DNA of 28,145 nt from Pseudomonadota bacterium (GTDB lineage Bacteria; Pseudomonadota; Alphaproteobacteria; Acetobacterales; Acetobacteraceae). The notes under the pieces are model-generated. The model saw only the letters and a program-made list of their open reading frames with translations. It made no database searches and was not told the origin of the DNA. The position numbers and the translations under genes were made by a program. The DNA lies in the NCBI GenBank assembly GCA_021798375.1, contig JAJZHU010000001.1, positions 1 through 28,145 of the forward strand, in the 5' to 3' direction. Shown here one piece after another: positions 17,106 through 28,145 of the stretch. Each line of letters begins with the position of its first letter. Within the stretch, counting starts at the first letter, position 1.

Positions 17106-20100
17106 ATGAACGCGATCAGCAGGAAATCGTTCACGGGACAGAAGCGCATCCGCAAATCTTTCGGGCGTATCCCCGAAGTGGCGCCGATGCCCAACCTGAT
17201 CGATGTGCAGCGCTCGAGCTATGAAGGTTTCCTGCAAATGCACGTGCGTCCGGACAACCGGACCAATACGGGCCTGCAGGAAGTATTCAAATCGGTGTTT
17301 CCGATCGACGATTTCGCCGGTCGCGGCCGGTTGGAATTCGTCTATTACGAATTGGAAGAACCCAAATACGACGTTGAGGAATGCATTCAGCGCGGCATGA
17401 CCTATGCCGCGCCCCTGAAGGTGATTCTCCGTCTGATCGTTTGGGATCTCGATGAAGACACCGGCGCGAAATCGATCCGCGACATCAAGGAACAGCCGGT
17501 TTACATGGGCGACATGCCGCTCATGACCGACAACGGCACCTTTATCGTCAACGGCACCGAGCGCGTGATCGTAAGCCAGATGCACCGCAGCCCCGGCGTG
17601 TTCTTCGATCACGACAAAGGCAAGACGCACTCCAGCGGTAAATATCTGTTCACCGCCCGGGTGATTCCATACCGTGGTTCATGGCTCGATTTCGAATTCG
17701 ACGCCAAGGATCTGGTCTATGTGCGCATCGATCGCAAGCGCAAGCTGCCGGTCACCACGTTGCTGTATGCGCTGGAAGGTGCCCGCTCGGAAGCATTGCG
17801 CGCGGCGCGCGAAGCCAAGGGCGAAGTGTTCGAGCCGCACGAAGTGCGCGGCATGGATCAAGAAGAAATCCTCGCCTATTTCTATGGTCAGGTCGGCTTT
17901 ACCCGCCGTCCGCAGGGTTGGGCGCGTCCGTTCGACCCCGATGCGTTCCGTGGCATCACGCTGGCCGAGGCTTTGGTCGATGCGCAGACCGGCCTGGTTG
18001 TGGCCGAGGCCGGCGCCAAGCTGAACACCCGCACGGTGAAGAAGATTTCCGAAGTCACCAAGGAAGTGCTGGTCGGCCGCGCCGATTTGCTGGGCCGGTT
18101 CGTCGCCTATGATCTGGTGAACGAAACCACCGGCGAGATTTACGGCGAAGCGGGCGAGGAACTCACCGAAGCGCGTCTGCTGGCACTTGAAGAGGCCGGC
18201 ATCACCGAATTGCCGACGCTGGCGGTGGATCAAAGCACCGGCCCGTGGATCCGCAACACGCTGGCGGTCGATAAGAACACCGGCCGCGACGATGCGTTGA
18301 TCGATGTCTATCGCGTCATGCGCCCCGGCGAGCCGCCGACACCTGAAACCGCCGAAGCCTTGTTCCGCGGCCTGTTCTTCGATGGCGATCGCTATGATCT
18401 GTCATCGGTTGGCCGTGTGAAGATGAACATGCGTTTGAATGTCGATGCCGAAGACACGGTTCGCATTCTGCGCAAGGAAGACGTGCTGCGCACCGTGAAG
18501 ATCCTGGTGGATCTGAAAGACGGCCGCGGCACCATCGACGACATCGACAATCTGGGCAACCGCCGCGTGCGTTCGGTGGGCGAATTGATGGAAAATCAAT
18601 ATCGCCTGGGCCTGCTGCGCATGGAGCGCGCCATCCGCGAGCGCATGGGGTCGGTGGATATCGACACCGTGATGCCGCATGATTTGATCAACGCCAAGCC
18701 GGCGGCGGCGGCAGTGCGCGAATTCTTTGGCTCGTCGCAGTTGTCGCAGTTCATGGATCAGACCAACCCGCTGGCCGAAGTGACGCACAAACGCCGTTTG
18801 TCCGCGCTTGGCCCAGGGGGTCTCACCCGTGAGCGCGCGGGCTTTGAAGTCCGCGACGTGCATCCCACCCATTATGGCCGCATCTGCCCGATCGAAACGC
18901 CGGAAGGTCCGAACATCGGTCTGATCAACTCGCTGGCCACCTACGCCAAGGTGAACAAATACGGCTTCATCGAAACACCCTATCGTCTGGTGAAAGACGG
19001 TCAGGTGCAGGATGGCTGGAAATATCTCTCGGCGATGGAAGAAGAACGTCTGACGGTGGCGCAGGCCGACGCGCCCACCGACAAGGATGGCCGTTTCACC
19101 GAGGAATTGGTGTCGGTGCGCCGTCAGGGCGACTTCCGCCTGGTGAAGCCCACCGACGTGACCGCGGTCGATGTTTCGCCCAAGCAATTGGTCTCGGTCG
19201 CCGCGGCCTTGATCCCGTTCCTGGAAAACGATGACGCCAACCGCGCCTTGATGGGTTCGAACATGCAGCGTCAGGCCGTGCCTTTGGTGCGTTCCGACGC
19301 GCCCCTGGTCGGCACCGGCATGGAAGCCGCCGTGGCCCGGGATTCGGGCGCGACGATCGTGGCCCGCCGTCCTGGCGTGGTCGATCAGATCGACGGTGCG
19401 CGCATCGTGGTGCGGGCAACCGCCGACGATGGCTCGACCAGCGGCGTCGATATCTATCGTTTGCGCAAATATATGCGTTCCAACCAATCGACCTGCATCA
19501 ACCAGCGCCCTCTGGTGCGCGTGGGCGATCAGGTGGCGATCGGCGACATCATTGCCGATGGCCCCTCGACCGATCTGGGCGAATTGGCATTGGGCCGCAA
19601 CGTGCTCGTCGCCTTCATGCCCTGGAATGGTTATAACTTTGAAGATTCGATCCTGATCAGCGAACGCATCGCCCGCGATGACGTGTTCACCTCGATCCAT
19701 ATCGAAGAATTCGAAGTGATGGCCCGCGACACCAAATTGGGCCAGGAAGAAATCACCCGCGACATTCCCAACGTGGGCGAAGAGGCACTGCGCAATCTCG
19801 ACGAGGCCGGCATTGTTTATGTCGGCGCCGAAGTGAATCCGGGCGACATTCTGATCGGCAAGGTCACGCCGAAGGGCGAAAGCCCGATGACGCCGGAAGA
19901 AAAGCTGCTGCGCGCCATCTTTGGCGAAAAAGCCAGCGACGTGCGCGATACCTCGCTGAAACTGCCGCCCGGCGTTTCCGGCACCATCGTCGATGTGCGC
20001 GTGTTCAGCCGCCGTGGCGTGGACAAAGACGAACGTGCGATGGCGATCGAGCGCTCGGAAATCGAACGTCTGGCCAAGGATCGCGACGACGAGCGGGCGA

Positions 20101-21281
20101 TTCAGGAACGTTCGTTCCTCAACCGTCTGCGCGAAAAGCTGCTGAACCAACGTGCTGCCGCCGGTTTCCGCGGCATCAAGGCCGGCACCGAGCTTACCGA
20201 CGAAGTATTGGCCGAGCATCCGCGCGGTGCGTGGCGCAATATCGTGCTGCAAGACGATGCGTTGATGCTGGAAATCGAAACCCTGCGCCGGGAATATGAT
20301 GTCGCGGTGGCCAAGATTCAGGCCCGCTTCGACAGCAAGGTCGAAAAGCTTCAGCGCGGCGACGAATTGCCCCCTGGCGTGATGAAGATGGTCAAAGTGT
20401 TCGTGGCGGTGAAGCGCAAGCTGCAACCGGGCGACAAGATGGCCGGGCGTCATGGCAACAAGGGTGTCGTTTCGCGCGTGGTGCCGGTGGAAGACATGCC
20501 GTTCCTCGACGATGGCACGTCGGTCGATATCGTGCTGAACCCACTCGGCGTGCCATCGCGCATGAACGTGGGGCAGATCCTGGAGACCCATCTGGGTTGG
20601 GCCTGCGCCAGCATCGGCAAGCAAGTCGGCGCGTTGGTGGATGATTACACCCGCAGCGGCGAGCATCGCCAGGAGTTGGTGGATCGTCTGCATGAAATCT
20701 ATGGCGACGAAGTATTCCAAGACCAGATCGCCGATATGACCAACGATCAGTTGATCGAACTGTCGAACAACCTGCGCAAGGGCATTCCCATCGCCACGCC
20801 AGTGTTCGACGGCGCGCGCATGGCGGATATCGAAGGCATGTTGACCCGGGCGGGCCTGGATACTTCGGGCCAGGTTGTGCTGACCGACGGCCGCACCGGC
20901 GAGCCGTTTGAACGCAAGGTGACGGTGGGCATTATTTACATGCTCAAGCTGCATCACCTGGTCGATGACAAGATCCATGCACGTTCGATCGGGCCATACA
21001 GCCTGGTCACCCAGCAACCGTTGGGCGGCAAGGCGCAGTTCGGTGGTCAGCGCTTTGGTGAAATGGAAGTGTGGGCGCTCGAGGCTTACGGCGCCGCCTA
21101 CACGTTGCAAGAAATGCTCACCGTCAAATCGGATGACGTTTCGGGCCGCACCAAGGTCTATGAGGCGATCGTGCGCGAGCAGGATAGTTTCGATGCCGGC
21201 ATCCCCGAAAGCTTCAACGTTCTGGTGAAAGAACTGAAGTCGCTCGGGCTCAATGTCGATCTCGATAATCAGGCCGCATGA
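17106..21281 (+). CDS. rpoB: RNA polymerase beta subunit (1391 aa)
   Basis: Start reassigned to [20 protein letters not shown] (17106); [53 protein letters not shown]. Confidence 0.99.
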   Translation: MNAISRKSFTGQKRIRKSFGRIPEVAPMPNLIDVQRSSYEGFLQMHVRPDNRTNTGLQEVFKSVFPIDDFAGRGRLEFVYYELEEPKYDVEECIQRGMTYAAPLKVILRLIVWDLDEDTGAKSIRDIKEQPVYMGDMPLMTDNGTFIVNGTERVIVSQMHRSPGVFFDHDKGKTHSSGKYLFTARVIPYRGSWLDFEFDAKDLVYVRIDRKRKLPVTTLLYALEGARSEALRAAREAKGEVFEPHEVRGMDQEEILAYFYGQVGFTRRPQGWARPFDPDAFRGITLAEALVDAQTGLVVAEAGAKLNTRTVKKISEVTKEVLVGRADLLGRFVAYDLVNETTGEIYGEAGEELTEARLLALEEAGITELPTLAVDQSTGPWIRNTLAVDKNTGRDDALIDVYRVMRPGEPPTPETAEALFRGLFFDGDRYDLSSVGRVKMNMRLNVDAEDTVRILRKEDVLRTVKILVDLKDGRGTIDDIDNLGNRRVRSVGELMENQYRLGLLRMERAIRERMGSVDIDTVMPHDLINAKPAAAAVREFFGSSQLSQFMDQTNPLAEVTHKRRLSALGPGGLTRERAGFEVRDVHPTHYGRICPIETPEGPNIGLINSLATYAKVNKYGFIETPYRLVKDGQVQDGWKYLSAMEEERLTVAQADAPTDKDGRFTEELVSVRRQGDFRLVKPTDVTAVDVSPKQLVSVAAALIPFLENDDANRALMGSNMQRQAVPLVRSDAPLVGTGMEAAVARDSGATIVARRPGVVDQIDGARIVVRATADDGSTSGVDIYRLRKYMRSNQSTCINQRPLVRVGDQVAIGDIIADGPSTDLGELALGRNVLVAFMPWNGYNFEDSILISERIARDDVFTSIHIEEFEVMARDTKLGQEEITRDIPNVGEEALRNLDEAGIVYVGAEVNPGDILIGKVTPKGESPMTPEEKLLRAIFGEKASDVRDTSLKLPPGVSGTIVDVRVFSRRGVDKDERAMAIERSEIERLAKDRDDERAIQERSFLNRLREKLLNQRAAAGFRGIKAGTELTDEVLAEHPRGAWRNIVLQDDALMLEIETLRREYDVAVAKIQARFDSKVEKLQRGDELPPGVMKMVKVFVAVKRKLQPGDKMAGRHGNKGVVSRVVPVEDMPFLDDGTSVDIVLNPLGVPSRMNVGQILETHLGWACASIGKQVGALVDDYTRSGEHRQELVDRLHEIYGDEVFQDQIADMTNDQLIELSNNLRKGIPIATPVFDGARMADIEGMLTRAGLDTSGQVVLTDGRTGEPFERKVTVGIIYMLKLHHLVDDKIHARSIGPYSLVTQQPLGGKAQFGGQRFGEMEVWALEAYGAAYTLQEMLTVKSDDVSGRTKVYEAIVREQDSFDAGIPESFNVLVKELKSLGLNVDLDNQAA

Positions 21282-21351
21282 TTTTGTCCCTTATGATTTC
21301 GGCCAGCACCTTGCTTTTGTTGATTAAAAGCGTTCCCGGAGACTTCCGCGC

Positions 21352-25521
<4,170 letters not shown>

Positions 25522-25548
25522 GACGAAGGCGAGGAAGGGTTAGAAGCC

Positions 25549-25572
25549 CTTCTTTTTCTGAAGAAAAAGAAG
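25549..25572. repeat. A/T-rich perfect palindrome, probably a member of a dispersed REP/MITE-like repeat family
   Basis: CTTCTTTTTC-TGAA-GAAAAAGAAG followed by CAAAAAGAC. I recall this motif as a common intergenic repeat in Acetobacteraceae; not verified. Confidence 0.6.
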
Positions 25573-25626
25573 CAAAAAGACCTTGTTCGCTTTGGTGTGC
25601 GCCAAAGCGGGCAGGGTCTTTTTTGC
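25572..25626. terminator. Bidirectional intrinsic terminator between convergent rpoC and the dCache gene
   Basis: GCAAAAAGACC-TTGTT-CGCTTTGG-TGTGCG-CCAAAGCG-GGCAG-GGTCTTTTTTGC: long stem with an A-tract on the left and a T-tract on the right. Confidence 0.7.
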
Positions 25627-25831
25627 GTTTGTCGCGGAAGAAATTCAACATCCGGCTTAATCACGCATGGTGGACTTGATACAGCGCGAGGAAACGAAAC
25701 GAACGGGCGTTTATTTTCTTGCCGGACCTGATCCGGATGGGGGGATGCAAGGCGAGCCGTAGCTTCCGTTACGATGATCTCGGGGCAACACCGCTCAAAT
25801 TGGGAACATGTCCATCAACGGTGCAGATGTG

Positions 25832-26590
25832 TCACCATCTCAGCACGTATACCCAGCGGGTCACCGGCGATTTCTTAAAAATTGCTGTTCTTTGTGCACC
25901 CTGAAACTCATAGCGGACCATGCCTTCGGGTTTGGCAAGCATCTCCGCCACCGCTTGGGCCAGCGTCTTGCTGCCCAACCGCTCTGCAAATTCGAACGAT
26001 AATTTTGGATCGCGGTGGAGCGCGATCTGGCCGTGTTCATCGAGGGCGTAAAATATCACTTGCCTGGGGAATGCGATCTTGTCGTCTATAAGCGTGGCCA
26101 CCCTCTCCATCGCGATCGAGACACCGACCGCGCCGATGACACGTCCACCGGCATAAATGGGAACGGCGATAATGGTGGATCGCTTACCCGTAGCCTTGCT
26201 GATCACCAGATCACCCGCCACCTCATGGCCAGCCATCAACCCCGGGAAATAACCACGATCGCCGAGGTTCTGGCTCATCCGTCCGGCATCGACTGTGAAA
26301 TATGAACCATCCGGCCGCACGAACCATACCGCCGCACTGGTGGGAGTGTCTTTCGCAAATACCGCCAGCGGCCCTTTGATGCGATCCCAATCACCTGATG
26401 CGGCGTTGTCGCTGGCGGCCACAATCCGCAGCCCATCACGGGCGTGTTCGAGCTGTTGGTCAACCAACGCCATATAGGCGTTCAACCCCACCCTGGGACT
26501 GAGCATCATCCCAGAATCCGCCGCGAGCGCGCCGGGAACGACGGCGAAAAACCCGAGAAAAAACAAGCGATAGACGAGCTTGGTAAGCAT
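25832..26590 (-). CDS. Secreted stand-alone double-Cache (dCache_1-like) domain protein, 252 aa
   Basis: Start reassigned to ATG 26590 (GAGGT SD). Signal peptide ending ALA-A; Cache-type motifs NLGDRGYF, LVISKATGKRSTIIAVPIYAGGRVIGAVGVSI, FYALDEHGQIALH; stops at WVYVLRW with no second TM helix. Confidence 0.8.
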   Translation of the reverse strand: MLTKLVYRLFFLGFFAVVPGALAADSGMMLSPRVGLNAYMALVDQQLEHARDGLRIVAASDNAASGDWDRIKGPLAVFAKDTPTSAAVWFVRPDGSYFTVDAGRMSQNLGDRGYFPGLMAGHEVAGDLVISKATGKRSTIIAVPIYAGGRVIGAVGVSIAMERVATLIDDKIAFPRQVIFYALDEHGQIALHRDPKLSFEFAERLGSKTLAQAVAEMLAKPEGMVRYEFQGAQRTAIFKKSPVTRWVYVLRW

Positions 26591-26766
26591 GGAACACCTC
26601 ACACCCACAGCGCGCTGCTTCACCAGAACAGAGCGCCGTGCCAAATTGCGATATCTTGACAACAAGCGGCAGAACAAGCGAAGCCGCCGGCTGATCCCTA
26701 ACTCCAATCGACCAGGCCAGGCTTTTTATAGCTGACAATACAGAGGCAGAATTGGAACCGGCGGCG

Positions 26767-27183
26767 TCAATTCGCGGGCAACGCCAACGGGCTATTCTGC
26801 TCGATCACCCAGGTTACAATCAACTTTAGCCCTTTGGCACCGCTTTGCACCCCATGCACAACGCCGGCCGGCAATTTGTAAGACTGCCCAACTTCCAACT
26901 TCAGCGGCGGCTGGCCGTCAACGAGAATGCTTCCGCTGCCTTGAATTACATATCCGGCCTCGGGGCCGGAGTGGCTATGGCGGTCGCCGATGTCATTCGG
27001 CGCAAACTGTGCCATCACCATCACGAGTTCGTAATTGCTGTGCGGTACTTTGATGGTCTGCAGAACTGTGCGGTTAATGGGATGCGTCCCAGGGATGGTC
27101 CCCGGCTGTTGCGCCCAAACGGGACCCGCAGACAACGCGCCGAGAGCGAGAACGGCAACGCAAGTCACGGCCAATGTTCGCAT
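26767..27183 (-). CDS. Secreted cupin-domain protein (Cupin_2-like, 138 aa)
   Basis: Signal peptide (VWA|Q after residue 24); metal motif H69-S-H71-xxx-E75...H110 (GVVH); GGGAG SD. Confidence 0.88.
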   Translation of the reverse strand: MRTLAVTCVAVLALGALSAGPVWAQQPGTIPGTHPINRTVLQTIKVPHSNYELVMVMAQFAPNDIGDRHSHSGPEAGYVIQGSGSILVDGQPPLKLEVGQSYKLPAGVVHGVQSGAKGLKLIVTWVIEQNSPLALPAN

Positions 27184-27213
27184 GACTCACTCCCAAGGAT
27201 TTTACGAACTCGC

Positions 27214-27255
27214 ATTAGATGGCGAATAAATCATTAATCTGTTGATATGAATCAA
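27214..27255 (-). promoter_or_regulatory. FNR/FixK-type class II promoter upstream of the cupin gene
   Basis: Perfect TTGAT-ATGA-ATCAA at 27242-27255. Centring it at -41.5 puts +1 at 27207 and the -12..-7 hexamer at TCTAAT (5/6 to TATAAT). Confidence 0.75.
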
Positions 27256-27476
27256 ATATATCTGAATTTATTAAACCAACGACGTCCATATGGATGTTCC
27301 ACAACTGAGCAACTGTGAATCGTCCGCCAACTTTACCCCTGAGGTGGCCCCGGAAATTCGGACCGCATGTTGGCATTACAGTTGCGAATTTTGTTGATGA
27401 TGTGATTTTTGCGCGGCGGCCCGATGCGCCCGTCACCCTGGATCGAGACCAACATGGCGCCGTTGCGGAGATGGTC

Positions 27477-27495
27477 GCAGGGGGGAAAGCCCTGG
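27477..27495 (+). repeat. Possible third, degenerate copy of the GC-rich REP-like palindrome
   Basis: GCAGGGGGGAAAGCCCTGG resembles 1384-1404 and the reverse complement of 1321-1340; about 35 nt past the hisE stop. Confidence 0.3.
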
Positions 27496-27531
27496 CCTTG
27501 GCTTATGCTTCCTTACCCCGCCCCTTGCCTT

Positions 27532-28053
27532 CTACGGAATCTTCCGCGTCTCCATGATCACCCGCGAGGCTTTCTCGGCGATTCCGCTCACGCCTTCGCG
27601 GCGTTCCAGTTCGGCCCACACTTCTTCGGGCCGGATGCCGCCGTTCACCCACAGCACCAGCAGATGATACAGCACATCGGCGCTTTCATTGATCAGCGCG
27701 CCACGGTTGCCGGCCACGGCTTCGATCACGCATTCCACGGCTTCTTCGCCGAATTTCTGGGCAACTTTCGCGGTTCCACGCGACATCAGCCGCGCCGAGT
27801 GCGACACGGCGGGATCGGCGTCCTGGCGTTCCAGCACCACTTGCCACAAACGATCCAGCACCGCGCTGCTGGCGGTGGTGGGCGCAAAATCGGGCATCGG
27901 GGCCAGCACCAACGGCGCTCGCTTGCGCGGTTTGCCGACGGTTGCCTTTTTAACGGTCTTGGTTTTTTTCGCGGCGATTTTCTTAACGACCGCCTTCTTA
28001 ACCGTGGTCTTTTTCGCCGCCGGTTTTTTGCCTGTCTTGGTGGCCTTGGCCAT
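27532..28053 (-). CDS. hisE: Phosphoribosyl-ATP pyrophosphohydrolase with a Lys-rich N-terminal extension
   Basis: VLDRLW...SHSARL...[12 protein letters not shown]...[16 protein letters not shown]...[10 protein letters not shown]; follows hisF. Confidence 0.95.
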   Translation of the reverse strand: MAKATKTGKKPAAKKTTVKKAVVKKIAAKKTKTVKKATVGKPRKRAPLVLAPMPDFAPTTASSAVLDRLWQVVLERQDADPAVSHSARLMSRGTAKVAQKFGEEAVECVIEAVAGNRGALINESADVLYHLLVLWVNGGIRPEEVWAELERREGVSGIAEKASRVIMETRKIP

Positions 28054-28086
28054 TCACGTTCCCCAAATCCACGGCAACCCGCCGCA

Positions 28087-28145
28087 CTAAGTAAATCTAA
28101 CGGGTAAACCCGCTTCATCCAACGCCTGTTTCACGTCGCCCACCG
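28087..28145 (-). CDS. hisF: C-terminus of imidazole glycerol phosphate synthase cyclase subunit (partial)
   Basis: Hand translation VGDVKQALDEAGLPVRFT* matches the HisF tail pattern (K..L..AG.PVR) and sits directly upstream of hisE; only 18 codons visible. Confidence 0.7.
   Translation of the reverse strand, partial: VGDVKQALDEAGLPVRFT

Noticed and set aside
25690-25706. GAAAC-GAAAC-GAAC micro-repeat
   Set aside because: Too short and degenerate; not CRISPR-like and probably part of a local hairpin.
26630-26646. Sigma54 promoter for the dCache gene (TTGGCACG on the minus strand)
   Set aside because: The -24 box is perfect but the obligatory -12 GC is absent (TCTGT instead of TTGCW).
27215-27557. 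Short ORFs 27215-27436 (minus) and 27315-27557 (plus)
   Set aside because: No SD or homologous motif; the first runs through the FNR promoter and the second overlaps the hisE end.

Overview
Core transcription/translation locus of a GC-rich alphaproteobacterium, most likely Acetobacteraceae. The family call rests on my recall of the RpoB/RpoC N-termini, the 395-aa EF-Tu and the HisE style, not on a search. Minus strand 1-13009: rpsL-rpsG-tuf (no fusA), the full S10 and spc operons, and secY running off the left edge. Plus strand 14484-25521: rplK-rplA-rplJ-rplL-rpoB-rpoC, which points away from rpsL instead of leading into it and lacks secE-nusG upstream. A RelE/XRE (HigBA-like) toxin-antitoxin pair sits at the junction. 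Right end, minus strand: the 3' end of hisF, then hisE with a histone-H1-like xxxKK tail, a secreted cupin behind a perfect FNR/FixK box at class II spacing, and a secreted stand-alone dCache protein. Best candidates for new biology are the putative low-oxygen cupin plus orphan-dCache periplasmic pair, the H1-like HisE, and the TA module at the rearrangement junction. No tRNA, rRNA, CRISPR array or transposase was seen.
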